Positions 40,189 to 54,842 are shown, counted from the first letter of the whole stretch. The stretch: 63,530 nucleotides of DNA, filler included, from Bigelowiella natans CCMP2755 (GCA_000320545.1; 6 parts of 6 records of this genome joined end to end with filler, not necessarily neighbours in it), one strand, 5' to 3'. The notes: generated by a model from the letters alone, not told the origin. Numbers and translations: made by a program.

Positions 40189-40466
40189 TTTGCAAAGAGG
40201 GGGAAAGCCCCTGCCGGAAATCTGAAGTTGTGTAAGAGGCAGAGAAGCTTTTGTTCCCCTGCAAAGTGGCTTTCATTTTACCCAAAAATTGCGTAAATGA
40301 CTCAGTCTCTATCCTGAATAGGCGATCATTTCGAGCATTTTCCGGGATCCATGTTGGTTGTCTCTGTCTGACGTCTGACGATGCATGGGCTTCGAAATGA
40401 GTTCGTCTTCGAGCGAAGAGACTTTTAAATTTTGTTGTCGCACCTCAATTACGGCATCAACTTGTG

Positions 40467-40514
40467 CCATTCTTCGCCTGCACCATTCTTCGCCTGCACC
40501 ATTCTTCGCCTGCA
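40467..40514. repeat. 3 x 16-bp tandem repeat CCATTCTTCGCCTGCA
   Basis: Read directly. Confidence 0.9.
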
Positions 40515-41737
40515 TCGATGCCTCGTGCACAATGGAGTCGATGATGAATCTCATGACGTGAAAGGAGCCAGATGAGATGGATCGCTAGTAGAGAGTTCGA
40601 AAGTGCTGGTACTCATCCTACGAGACTTGCGTTCGGGAGCACAAGTTTTGATGTGTTCTCAGCGCACGGAGGTGTGGGGAATTCAGATCCAGCTTGTTTG
40701 CAAAGCGGGAAATCTTGAAATTGTGGAGGAGAAGAACAAGTTGAACGAGCAATTGGTAAATAATAATCAACTCCTTTTAAAGGGTGTCATTGAAGGGAGA
40801 ATGTGACAGAGAAAAAGTCTCCTTGAATTGAGGCGCAAATGGTGCATGTGTGCAACGGCACTGCTGGACTGCACAGCAGCACAGTGGCCACGTGTGTGCG
40901 CATTCATAACCACACTTCTCATGGTCACGTGCATGTGTGCGAACTATGGACAAAGTGCATATCAGACAATACATGGCATCATATGTATTGCATGTACGTG
41001 CACATGTTGTGCGAGCATGCATGCACAGCAGTCGATCAGTGTGCATGTGAGGTGGTGTAGTGGCAGGATCGGAAGGATTTGGGTTTTGCTTTCCAAATCA
41101 GGCCTGATTTCGTTGGTTTGGCAGGCCTGCCGGCACCTTCTGACAGCAGCGGGGATCACCACTGTGGTGCGCATGCACAGCTCTTAGCATCGCATTTCAA
41201 GTAGGTGTGTGTGTGCACATGGCTACAGCCTTACTTCTGGCGATTAGTACCTAGCAAATGCACGTGTGCACAGCAACCACGCCGCGACCACAATGAATGA
41301 TGCAAATTGACGATGCATGCGACGAGCTGTTGTGCCCATCTAAGCAATGTCCATGCACATGTATTTACATGTTTGACACATTTGGGGCCTAAGCCACGTG
41401 CCACACGATGCATGTCCAGATGTGCAGGCATGCGGTGTCGGCATCTGTGCCGTGATGATACCAAGTGCAATTCGCATTGTGTAGGAGATGCTGCTACATA
41501 CGATGAGGCTCAGCCACCTTAGAGTGGGAAGAAAAGCCTTCGACAATGACGTAGGTATAAAATCATTAGAAAGTGTTGTTGTTGTTACATATAGTTCGTG
41601 ACTACGAACACCAGCGCTGCTGCTGAAAGGCCGTTGGCTCCAGCACCAGCTCGATTGACCCGTAAGTGCTGATGTTTTTGCGGCCCTCGGAATTCTCATC
41701 TGTGTATCATCACCGAATAAGAATGTATGTTTACAGT

Positions 41738-41965
41738 TTAGTATGAGCTTGGCACTGCATGATGTTCCTTGAAATCTCTTTCCCTCTCTCTCCCCCTCTC
41801 TTGCGTGGTGGTAGCACCGAGTCGTTGAGCCGTCTCCAAGAAACGTAAGCAGAAGAGGAAAGTGGCAGAGGCGAGCGAGGCCAAAGACCCGATCCCCGCA
41901 CATAAAAAGGACGCTCCGTAGCCGTACCCTACCACTGTTTCGGAGACTAGGTAGCGTCTGATGGC

Positions 41966-42002
<37 letters not shown>

Positions 42003-42315
42003 GGTGTATGTGTGAGCGTGCGTGCGTGCGTGTGCGTGTGTATCATCATCATCAGCATCCTCATCCTGCTCACGACGTTCTCCTTCTCCCTAGCTCCCAG
42101 AACAAATGAAACCACTGACGTTAAGGCGTAGGCTTGGGGGGCGGCGACGTAGGACCAAACGACGACGCTCATCGCATAGAGGCAGCCGCCTTGTGGCCGA
42201 GGCAAATATGCACGGAGGGACAGATCAAGGCCGAAGTCAGAACGCTGCTACACTGTGTCGTACCCCCACATAATGGCGACTAACAACACTAATCCTCATC
42301 CTCCTCCTTGTAGTT

Positions 42316-42346
<31 letters not shown>

Positions 42347-42896
42347 CTACTACTACAACAGCCGCACATCAAAGATGACCCCAATCCCCCCTCCTCATAC
42401 CCTTTAACTACTACTACTACTACTACTACTGCAACTACTGCTACTACTACTACTACTACTACTACTACCTGCCACGGAGACGAGAAAGGTGCGATCCGTC
42501 GCCCAGTCGAGGCCCGAACTCAGCATTGCCGCCATTGCAGCTCCTCCTGACGGCAGCGTGGGCAGAGGAGAAGGTAAAGGTGACGATGAGGACGATGATG
42601 ACGATGGTGACGATTAGCTCTGCGGCGGTATTGCACGTCCGTTACACCTCGACCCACGCATCTACCTTCTTCCTTCCCCCCCTCGCTGTAGTCAATCTTT
42701 CGTGAATCCCCGTCTGCTGCTGCCGTCTCTTTATTCTGATGATTGTTGATAGTGTGCATTTGTAGCTCTCCCCCCACCCCCCCCACCCCTTCCCTTCCCC
42801 TTGTCCGCAAAACGATGCAGGAAGGGTGCGCTACCTTGAAGAGCAGCATCTGCACATGTATACACGTGGCGACAAGGCTGCAGATACATCCAAGCT

Positions 42897-42966
<70 letters not shown>

Positions 42967-43045
42967 AGTTATGATGACCTCTCTTACATGGCCATTCTTT
43001 ACGATTATCACCACACAAAATTTAATACACACACACACGCGCGCG

Positions 43046-43104
<59 letters not shown>

Positions 43105-43215
43105 GTAAAATATTGATGTATATGGTTGTAGTCGAGGAATCAATATTGCTTTCAAATCGCCTTCGTGTGCATCTCTTACCACCATCAGCGTGCATACTCT
43201 CTCGCCCATCACAGA
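41738..43215 (-). CDS. Hypothetical membrane protein (3' part), possibly claudin-like
   Basis: Hydrophobic exon segments LGCICSLVATCIHVQMLLFK, CLYAMSVVVWSYVAAPQ and VGYGYGASFLCAGIGSLASLASATFLFCL lie between microsatellite introns. Confidence 0.4.
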
Positions 43216-43317
43216 CAAAGTCCTACCAAATACAAATATATGAGAGTTGCGCTTCATACAATGAGACTTTCGCCATATGGGAAAGAGGAGGGGCGGGGGG
43301 GGGGGGGGGGGGGGGGT

Positions 43318-43417
43318 NNNNNNNNNNNNNNNNNNNNNNNNNNNNNNNNNNNNNNNNNNNNTTAATTAATTAANNNNNNNNNNNNNNNNNNNNNNNNNNN
43401 NNNNNNNNNNNNNNNNN
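43318..43417. other. Artificial contig spacer
   Basis: N44-TTAATTAATTAA-N44. Confidence 0.97.
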
Positions 43418-43514
43418 TCGTCGTTTTGCTACGATCTCTTTTTGGCGGTGGTGGTGGAGGGGGAGGAGGAGGAGGAGGTGCAGTAATAACCATAGCAGCA
43501 GCGGATGATCTGTG

Positions 43515-43550
<36 letters not shown>

Positions 43551-43752
43551 GCGAGGAGGAGGAGGATTGTGACGACAGCAGAAGCACCATTAACATGGGT
43601 TATATATTTAAAAAAAAGGATAATTCGTCATCATCATCAAGACGTTTCATAAAGATTCTTACCTGCCCCTATTTTGATAGTCTTATTCAATAAAATTTTG
43701 TTTATATGATAATCATGAATGAAAGCAGCGGTCTATCTATCACATACATGAA

Positions 43753-43788
<36 letters not shown>

Positions 43789-44014
43789 CAATTAGTCTGC
43801 TGGTTACTTATTACTGCTACAATAAATAAATACTAAGTAGCACATAGTATACGATAATAATATGTAATAATGATAATAATTGTAACAACGACGCTACCAA
43901 TCACTAGAATAACTTGTATAACGGACTACTACCTTTGCACTTGTTCTGATGATGATGCTGCATTTTCGAGCATTGCGACCCGAGATGACATAATAGAAGA
44001 TTCTTCCAGAAACA

Positions 44015-44045
<31 letters not shown>

Positions 44046-44053
44046 TTATTTTA

Positions 44054-44091
<38 letters not shown>

Positions 44092-44496
44092 TGTGTATTG
44101 TAGAAAGAGAGAGTGGCATTAATTACCATAATTGATATTATTAGCATAAGCTATGCATTAATTTTTATTGATTATTCATTAAAACTGGGAATTTATTACC
44201 ATAAATATTATTACTCACAGTTCAGGAAGGAATGATAACGACGACAGTATAAAAGCAGCAGCTAATAATATAGAAAGTCCATATTGCAAGCAGCAACTTA
44301 CTACTTTTGGTATTGACAGCCTTATTCTTCTTCTTCTTCTTTAACCCTACTCCTTCTTTTCTAACTCCCTCTAGTAGCTTTTTTTCAATAGGAGGAAGGG
44401 AGGGACAAGGAGCAGCGTGGTGGTGCTGCTGCTGGGATATGCGTCTTGGAGGTGGTGGTGGTGGTGGTCCTCCCCTACCCGATGAGGGTGCTTCGC

Positions 44497-44527
<31 letters not shown>

Positions 44528-45275
44528 TGGTGGAAGATGATTGGACAACGACGATGGCAGAAATTGGGGTGAATATGGTTTGGTACAAGCGATAACTGAC
44601 GATAGCTGCTCATAGCAAGTAGTAGTGAGAACCAAAAGAGGGGTTAATCAGTGAATAAATAAATAAATAATCGATTGATGAGTCATATTAACTGCACAGG
44701 GATTTACAATCAATATCATCACACGTGATCAATACTACAAGGTGATGAGTGTTACCTACATTTGTTAGGAAGTAGTATGTAGTAGTAGTACTAGCAGCAG
44801 CAGTGATATGATGATTATGATGATGATGATGATGATGATTACTATTATGGCATTGTTGGTGATTATTTCTACGTGTAAGCTACGTTGTCGTTTGCGTGGT
44901 TAGTTGTTGTACAAAAGCACACACAGTAATTAAATTAAGTGTTAGTTGGGAAAAGAAGAGGGAGGAAAAACGAATATCAGCTGCATAAAAGGAGTAACTT
45001 CTATGACAAGTCAAAACATCATTTTCGCTTGCACTTATGAGAGCTGTTTATTTCTTTCCTACTTATAACTACTTCTACTACCATTTGGGAAGAGGGCCTT
45101 CTAGGAGGCACTTTTGGTGGTGGTTTTGGTGGAGATGGTACTGCTCCTACTTGTTCTAACCCTGATTATGCATAAGAACAAAGAAAGAATGGAACATAAT
45201 AATAATAATAATGATTATAATAATAAGGCCAACAATGCTGAATCGTCGATGAATTATTAGTAGGAGATCATCTAG

Positions 45276-45313
<38 letters not shown>

Positions 45314-45599
45314 TTCCAAGGGAGGAAGGGGCTAGTAACGATTTCGTTCACTTTTCATTAATTGATTATATAATACTGATTTCATTCTATTTTCATTGAT
45401 TGATTATTTGATACTGATTTGTTCAGACGGGGCATACTAAACTATTAACTCTACCATAAGAAGAAGAAGAAGAAGAAGACGCAGCATGATATCGTTGTTG
45501 GTTGTGGTAGGGTGACAATGATGATGATGATGATGATGATGCGGCATTATTGGGATTTCTTGGAGGTCTCTTATTAGGGGCTGAAGTGTGTGGCCTTAT

Positions 45600-45633
<34 letters not shown>

Positions 45634-46356
45634 ACACGCACATGGTGATAACACATGATTAAACTAAATGTAATCGATGACATCTTAGAAGCATTGCAAT
45701 CAAATATCATAATTAGATTTATAATGATCGTTATTGGGACTCCTAACATTGAAAATCCAACAAATAAATGAAAAGTAGTGAAATGTATGTTTAGTTGGTG
45801 AGAAGTTGGCATCATTTATCTATGTAACAATCAATCCTTGTTTAGTAGTAAGTAAGTAAGTAAGTTGTATTACTGGACAAAAGATGAGTTCCTTCTCGAC
45901 TAAATAGTGATCAGATAACACATAATATACAAAAGAAACATCGATTAGTAGTAAACTTTCATTAATAACATTATACGTGTACAATCAAATATCTTGTACA
46001 CTTACCGTGAAAGTGATCTGTTGGGCTGCTTCCTTTCTCATCTTCTTCTTCTTCTTGATCATCTTTCCTTTTCGTCTGGGGAAAAAACACAAAGTAAATG
46101 ATATTCCTTTGGTTAGGAAGAGACTTTGAGCCAATAATGGCACATGTACTGCTACTACTTATTACTACCACCGAGAAGACCAAAGAAACATCTAATTGTT
46201 ATCCTAATATCCATCATTATTACTACCTTTCAGAGAACATTTCTTTAAGAATAAGATCCTTGCACTTATTCTTGTCAGGAATTCTCACAAATAATGAGTA
46301 CGGTTTTGATGACGACGATGATGACGATGATAACTTTCCATCATTGTTCTTTCTAA

Positions 46357-46390
<34 letters not shown>

Positions 46391-46797
46391 TTGTTGTTGT
46401 TGTCGTTCTCGAGTGGTAGTGCCATGGGTAGTGATTTGGCTTTGTTGATCTTGTTTCTGCTTCTGCTTCTGATGATGATGATGATATGCAGGTAAAGAGG
46501 AGGGTTGGGGTTAGGGTTAGGGTTAGGGTAATAAAAAAACATACAGGTGTTACTCTTGCATGTTGGAATAACAAAAGTGAGGGCGATGAAGATGACGATG
46601 ATGATGATGATGATGTTGTTGTTGTTGTTGATGATTAATTTGGAATAAGCCCTTTCCTATATTTGGTAGTCTAATATAGCTGTAAAAGGTGTGTAAATTG
46701 ATTCATATATAAATAGACATGACAACCTAACCAGTAGATAATAATACGATTGATCAACACACCACCACCAACACCAGCAGTCATAGCAGCAAATACC

Positions 46798-46830
<33 letters not shown>

Positions 46831-46994
46831 TTTGAGGAGGAGGAGGAGGGGTAGGGCAGTTGAAATCCATTTCGCTCCTAAAGAGGAAAAAGAAGAAGAA
46901 GGAGAGGAAGAAGGAGAAGAAGTAGAGTAACAACGACAACAACGATGACAACAACAACAATAGGAACAACAAGTAATACGTAGTAGTAGTACTC

Positions 46995-47028
<34 letters not shown>

Positions 47029-47373
47029 CAATATGAATAGTAGTAGTAATAATAGTAGTGGTACCTCAAGTATTCCTTTTTGAATTAAAGTATCTTCATC
47101 AGGTCGTTTACCTCCAAAAAACTAACAACAATCAGCACTTATGCCTCACAAAATTCAAAATATTCAGCAGTGGTAGTAGCATAAATTTGTATGCTAATCA
47201 CGCTTTCTTCTCTCTTCCTCCTCCCCTCTCTCATCCTCCTCTCTATTCTAATAGTCCACATCTTCTTTCTTTACTTCTTCTTCCTTATTATTGAGTAGTA
47301 CCGTGTTCAATTTAGCATAAGCTTTAGGCATTAAATTCTTGAGACCGTTTAATAAAGAGGAGCCGCCTCTCGC

Positions 47374-47409
<36 letters not shown>

Positions 47410-47534
47410 ATAGTAGCAATAGTAGCGTTTGTATAAGCTTCTATTGAAATATACACAAAGGCGGAGGGTAATTCAGGTAGAATGAGTATAATAATAGCAG
47501 CAGCAGCACAACAAAATGATAGCAAATAGTAGTG

Positions 47535-47568
<34 letters not shown>

Positions 47569-47853
47569 TAGTGGTGTAAAAAGAAACAATTATGACAGTG
47601 AGAGGAGTTGTAGTACTGCCTCCGTTGAATATACTTCTTCTTAACTTCAAACAATTATTTATTACAAGTAGTTGTAGTAGTGGTAGTAGTAGTAGTAGTA
47701 GTAGGCATTTATAGAATGTGTATAGATTATTACGATATATGAACGATCATGATGGAAAGACAACACAACACGAGCGTAAAGAATCGGTGTTTAGTAGTAG
47801 TAATTGTAGAATTAAGGAGATTATAATAGTAGTTGTTGTAGTAGTAGTTGTGT

Positions 47854-47889
<36 letters not shown>

Positions 47890-48901
47890 GTAGTAAATTA
47901 TGAACGAATAAGGAAATGCATAACACAAATGGTATAATAGGCGTTTAGTAAAGCATCATCGAATATTCGTCAAAGAGCAGTAGCAGCAGTCGTTATCCAC
48001 AGCACAACAAGCATTCATTATTGCAAGTTGTATTGGCATTGTGATAGACAACAGACAGCATCATTGTCATCATTATCATCATCATTATCATGTATTTAAG
48101 CAGTATTAGTAGACAAAGTCAGCACCAACGAAGCAACGTCCATTTTACACAGTAAGGAAGGAAGGAAAGAAGTAGTTTCCAAATCACCACATGGTAATGT
48201 CGCAGAAAAATAACAAGGAATCTTGTTAGATTCGTGTCTAATCATTCATAAAGCTGCTACTGCTTATATGTACCATCTTCAAGGATTATGATAAATCGTA
48301 AAAAAGAGGAAAGCGAACATACGTTGTTGATGGCTCTGATGGCTCTGATTCTGGGTGGTGGTGGTGGTGGTGGTGGTAAGGCCTATGGGGTTAATGCAAG
48401 CATCCTTGTCGTCTTCTCGATTCCCCATGCCTATAGTAGTACTACGGTTGATTTGAATAACGGTAGAACCCTTCCTTTCACGCAAATGCGATTTACGTTC
48501 CTACGAGAGAAGGAGGAGGAGGAGGAGGGGGGGGGGAGGGGAAGGGGGAGGCAATAATAAATAGCAGCATCATCATCAATAATAGTAGCAGAGTAATATT
48601 GAGCAGCAGTGGTGTGATAATTGGAAGGAAATAAGTTGATAATCACATATTAAATAGACCTCCTCGAGGATGGTACTCATAGATAAGCTCATAAACTTGC
48701 AGCAGCATTAAAGAGGTAGATAACAGCAATGATAGAGTCTGACTACTATGCTAGGGGGTTGGTAGGTAGGTAAGAGACTCCGATGACAAGCATCAACAAC
48801 AACAACAACTACTACTACTACTTCTTCATTTTCAGTGAATCTGTAATATCGTTTATCAAGGTCCTAAAGGTGGTAGTACTTAAGAGTAAGTAGTAGCTAT
48901 A

Positions 48902-48936
<35 letters not shown>

Positions 48937-48959
48937 GCCGCTACTCCAGCACAAGAAGG

Positions 48960-48998
<39 letters not shown>

Positions 48999-49002
48999 AA
49001 AG

Positions 49003-49047
<45 letters not shown>

Positions 49048-49620
49048 TGATCAATTAGTGACTGTGATAGTAGTAGGAATCAGCACATAATAACAACATA
49101 GAGACATGATAACAGTGATAATAATAATTGCTTTGTGGGAGATTGATTTATTATTACTACTCTCAAGATAGTAGTCGTAGACAAGTGCTATAACTAAGTC
49201 ATTTCTCATCATCACCACCATCATCATCACCTGGAAAGGCTTGTTGATGTATCGTTTGTGCACACATTTGATAAAACCGTAGTTTCTGAGCAGTTGGCCT
49301 TTGAAAGTATCAGTAGTAGTGAAGATTATGGCGATTAAGACGGCATGCTAATACACATAGTAATACCATACAAAAAATGATGAAATATATATTGATGATG
49401 ATTGGTGATGGTTGATAAATGATGAAAGATATATTGATGATGATTGGTGATGGTTGTTGCTCGATATCACCATCATCATCATCATCATCATATAATATAA
49501 TCATCCTATAGAATGCCTTCTTGTGTGTTTAAGAGCACCCACCCACCCACCTATTATTACAGCAGTTTCCCTTGTCAACGCGTATTGATGGAATAACATC
49601 CAGTCGACGAAATCAGATCC

Positions 49621-49655
<35 letters not shown>

Positions 49656-50134
49656 GTAACAACAACATATCGGAAGATGAACATATCAGATCCTAATGAT
49701 AATAAGAATATATCAGAGCAAGTAACATATCATTCACTTTAACGGAGAAGAAGAAGAAGTAGAGGAAGAAGAATCAAGTATGAAGTCTAATCTCATCGCT
49801 ATCATCATCATTATCATAGTTATTATTATTTGCAATTCTATGGAGAATAAAGCAAACAAAGGAAGAAGAAGAGGAAGAAGATAAAGAACAGACGAGGCGG
49901 GTAAATAGCTGCTTGCTCTGGATATTTGTTGATTTATTTAATGGCGGATGAATAGCTGCTTGCATTGGATATTTGTTGTTTTATTTAATGGTGGATGAAT
50001 AGCTGCTTGCATTGGATATTTGTTTTATTTAGTGGTAGCAGTTCATCGTCAAATGCGAAGCATTCATCATTCCCTATTATTATCATCATCATCATCATCA
50101 TCATCCCTATTATTTGCCACAATAATCTGTATGG

Positions 50135-50169
<35 letters not shown>

Positions 50170-50511
50170 CCTCTTCTGTGCATTACCATCATTTATTTAT
50201 CTATCTATGCATATATGTATCGCAGCTATTATTACTACTACTACTACTACTACTATTAGCATCACCGGATACAACGTCCTTGTGAGGCTTTGAAAAGACA
50301 TGTAGCCTCCTTTTCACCTATGATATATAATGTTACAATGCTATGAGTATTATCACCTAATACTACTAAAAATAATAATAGTAGTGATACTATCTACATA
50401 CCTCCTTGAGTCGTATTCCTTGACCCACGTATATGCCTCTCCCCTTCAATCGATTTAATAGTTCTCCAAAATCTTGATAATGAAAGTCAAGAAGAAAGAG
50501 AAAAGGAGTAG

Positions 50512-50552
<41 letters not shown>

Positions 50553-50852
50553 CCAATGGCCAGAAGAGAAGACTAACTAGGGTTCCTCCTCATAATTGAT
50601 AATAATGTGTATAATGGGGTAGATGTTGATCGTTTATTGTAGTGATAAATGAATGAATGGATGAATATATCATATGCTACGATAAACCCTATTATCATCA
50701 TTATTATTACCTAAATCCCTTACTTCATCATCTGCTATGGACCTTCGACGTGACCTACCACTGCTGCTACTATCCTCCTCCTGGTGCTGCTGCTGGTGCT
50801 GGTGAGAGAGCCTTCTTTTACTACTAGTAGTAGTACCAGTTACTCCTGATTT

Positions 50853-50887
<35 letters not shown>

Positions 50888-51628
50888 TCACAAGAACATA
50901 GCATTTTCTAAAGTTGGATTTGGTTATAGTAGTAGTAGTAGTAGCAGCAGTGCAAATAGTCTCCAGTAATTATGACGTATATTTGCTGAACGTATGTACA
51001 TATATACGTATGCATGTATATTATATGTATGTATACATGTATGATCCAATATCTATGTAGTAGTCATCATATGTCAATACTACTACTACTACTACTACTA
51101 CTACTAGTACTACTACTACTGTACCACTCCACAAATATGATACATCATCCCAATTGATTGGTGATAATATAATGAGATGACGATGATTGAATGCTGATCA
51201 ACATACTACTACCTATATCATTATTGTAGATGAATTCCCCCTCCCTCCCCTCCTCCTCCTCTTCGGATTTGAGACCTATATCATCATCATCACCACATAT
51301 GAGAAGCAAGATACATAGTGCTGCAAAGATTATTACTAGACAAGAAGAACTCAAGATATTTAATTTAGACAAGAATGTACGAGTGGTAATACATACATAC
51401 ACAAATAATAGTCAAGGATATAAATTTCTTGTTTATTGTACCAGAAAAAAGAGTAGTCTCATGATGATAAGTAACTAAAAGGGCAGCTACCATTGCATAA
51501 TTAGCTATTATATCCCTCCCTCCCTCCCTCCACATTTTAATATTAATAGCTCATCATTATCATCATCATGATTAAACATGCATGGCACTTACATACCAGG
51601 CATACTACGGCTCTTCATCCTTGTATGG

Positions 51629-51666
<38 letters not shown>

Positions 51667-52887
51667 GTTATTAGTAACAGCACTGTGACCATCGTGGTAC
51701 TTCTTTGGTATGAGACTGTTAAGACTGCTGCCTCTTGCACTTCTATGTTTCATCAATGTAGTAGCAGAAGGTGGTGATATAACAAAATCATCAGTAGAAG
51801 TAGCAGCAGCTGCTTTGGAAGAAGGAGGCGACAACGAGGAGGACAATTCTCCCATAATGCCCGATTTTCTTGTTGTTCTTCTTCTTCTTTCTCTCTCTTG
51901 CAGACATTGAGTAGGCGTTGATGATGAGGAAGAAGAAGGCCTCGATAAGCTTCTTACTCGAATCGGAAGTAGAGGGGGGGGCTGCCGACGTGCAGCTTGC
52001 CGCCGTTTCCCCCCCCCTCCTCCTTGTGGTGAGAAAGAAATGCGTGGAGGCAGACGTGGAGGCAGAGATTTGTCATCATGATTATGATCACGTAGTGGAT
52101 GGTACTGTATTCCTCTTCCTCCTTTTTGTCCTCGTCGTCGATTTTCCTCCTCCTCCTTCATTATCGCTTCCCCCCCCCTTTTGCTACTACTACTACTACT
52201 ACTATAAGTCTTGGTATCGTAGTTTTTATTGCATTCATCTGGTAGAGCCCAACGGAGATAGCTATTTCATATAAACAGCAATTGTATTATAATACAAGCA
52301 ATAATCACACAAGTAGTAGTACCTACAGTCAACACACATGCTTTGTAGTTTATTATCATCTCCGTGATGATTATGGACATAGGATTAAACAATGAATAGT
52401 GACGATAAAAGTGATAATATCGGTAATTATTTATTATTATTTATTACCTGGAGGGTACTAAGCCTACACCATGATCATTCCGTGCCATCCACCATTCTGG
52501 GTCCTATCATCATCATATATAATCGTTAAGAGGGGGGGGGGGGGAGTAATTATATCAATCAACATCACACATCACACAGAAAGAAAGAAAGAATTTTATT
52601 GGCTGCCATCCTCATAATATGTATTAGTATTATTGGTAGTAGTAGTAGTGGTAGTAGTTGTCGTTGTTGTAGTAGTAGTTGGTGCATGTATCAACATGGA
52701 TCTGACATCATTACTAAGTACTTTACTATACTTCATCATATATGGCTGCTGCTACTCCTACTACTACCACAACTGTAATTGCTTAATAATTACTTCTACC
52801 ACTACTTATTACCTCGTTAGTATCGATAATAAGTAATCTATCTTGTTTCCTGATATCATATACGTAGATAAGCAAAATGTATAATAT

Positions 52888-52926
<39 letters not shown>

Positions 52927-53662
52927 TATATTATTCATACATTGCTAGAAATCACATGCAAACTGAAGTAACAAATAAATGAAAGCATGAGTGACTACAA
53001 TACTTGAAAGAGATCTGCGCTGGTGTATCCTCGCCTGATAAGGGACAATTGTATCATCAACCCAAAGAAGAAGGAGGAGGGGGAGGAAGGAGAATAGTGA
53101 TTATGATAATGACAAATAATAGCGAAACAATCTGCCAAGGAAGAAGGAGATTAGGGTTAGTCAGACTCGATCACTACCTCCTCCCCTCCTATGCATGATA
53201 AACAATGGCATCAACATCTTAAATATCATTACTAATTATTATTATTGGTATTGTTAGTATTATTATCATTATTATTATTATTATTATTATCTATACCTTC
53301 TTTGTAATCTTTCAATGCTATGGCCCACCTGACATATTATCAAGCACCGTATTAGTATATATAATTCAGAAAACGACAATGTTTTATTATTATCAATCAT
53401 TGATTCTTCTTCACAATCATGCTGCAGCAGCCTTGCAATGAGTAAATCCGGCACCTTGACCTGGTTTCTCCAGCTTCTTTATTTCCAAGAATATGATGTT
53501 TGGCTCTCCTATTCCCATTTCTCTCTCTCCCTATTTAGTAGGTATGTAGATACTCAAGATTCGTGTATGATCTCACAGCAGCAGAGTATTGATTTGAGTT
53601 GTTGTAACTAGTATTGGCAGTAGTAGCAGCAAAAGTAGCAGTAGTAGTAGTAGTAGTAGTAG

Positions 53663-53703
<41 letters not shown>

Positions 53704-54377
53704 ATCTGTTCTATTTCGCAGTTTGTAAGTTGTTGCCGTCTTAGTCGTCATTACAACATCTCATCGTATGGAAAAGTACTACTACTACTACCACTACTAC
53801 TACTAATCATCCTTGCTGCTTACTAATCGGATGATATGATGTTGTACTACCTTTTCTTCTGTTCTGTTGGTTGTTTTCTGGTCTCCTCACAATTGCCTAA
53901 TTGAGTAGTGTACAAAGATTCATTGACAAAGAAGAAAAACCTAGCGTATTGTTATTGCTGTGTTCTAGTATTAATGACCAGTCTAACAACTAGCATTTTG
54001 TGAGTTACACAGAAGAAACGAGGCTGCTCTTTCTTTGTCAGCAAATATACGACAGTTTTCGCTTAAAAGAAGGAGGAGGAGGAGGAGGAGGAGGAGGAAG
54101 AGGGGGAAGAGGAGGAAGAGGAAGAGGGGGGGGGGAAGAAAGCAACGGACACTACCACCACTACCTTTTCGAGTCTATTGGCCATTTCCAACACAGATAT
54201 ATTTCTTCTATACGATGATGATACTGACAACCAGTATATATTATGTACACATTATCATCCTCATCATACTATCATTCTATCATGTACGAAAGTGATTTCC
54301 ATACCCCCCCCCTTATTGGTCCAACTGTGGCGAGATGATGACGGGCATGACAGCTGTTCCTTCTCCGTTTTTGCCAT
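43418..54377 (-). CDS. Large multi-exon SH3 + DEP + proline-rich + WH2-like protein; 3' truncated
   Basis: Five small phase-matched exons (~53328-52200) splice to WAIALKDYKE-GEDTPAQISFK-KQDRLLIIDTNE-DPEWWMARNDHGVGLVPS-SYLRW (SH3). Exons ~50473-48825 give GIRLKE-VKRRLHVFSKPHKDVVS-GSDFVDWMLFHQYALTRETA...GQLLRNYGFIKCVH..PFQ-DLDKRYYRF (DEP). PPKPPPKVPPRRP lies at ~45100 and poly-Pro followed by LLEGVRKEGVGLKK at ~44335-44378. Confidence 0.75.
49897..50035. repeat. Intronic minisatellite, 3 x ~47 bp
   Basis: Unit ~GCGGATGAATAGCTGCTTGCATTGGATATTTGTTGTTTTATTTAATG repeated three times with few differences. Confidence 0.85.
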
Positions 54378-54842
54378 TTTTATCTGATTTTCCCAAACAA
54401 CATAAATTAAATGAGACTGCAGTGCGAGTACGTAGCAACTTTTAACATTTGCACCAAAATTTGTGATTGTAGTAATGCAGACAAAAAACATCCTACATGT
54501 AACACTAAAAGCACAATCTTCGTGTGACTAAAGACAAAGTACCCTTCTTGGCGGGGGAGGGGGTGGATTTGAGCCCTTGGATTTTCGTAAAAAGGGCGGT
54601 GGCAACGGGGACTTATCCGCTGTTTGAGACAAAAGATTACGATCAGAGTGAGAGTTGATACAAGTGCCAATCTTGCACAAATCGACAGGACAACATATCA
54701 ATGAGAAACCAAACCCATGGTAGCCGTGCAGATGAAGACGTAGAGAACTGCAAGTGCGTTGTAGCAGATCTGATGAAGCACTCCTCCCACCCTCTCCTCC
54801 AGACTACTGTTTGTCCACGGTGGCCATTGCAAGCATCCCACC

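Noticed and set aside
49897-50035. CRISPR-like array
   Set aside because: Units are contiguous with no unique spacers, there are no cas genes, and the context is a eukaryotic intron.
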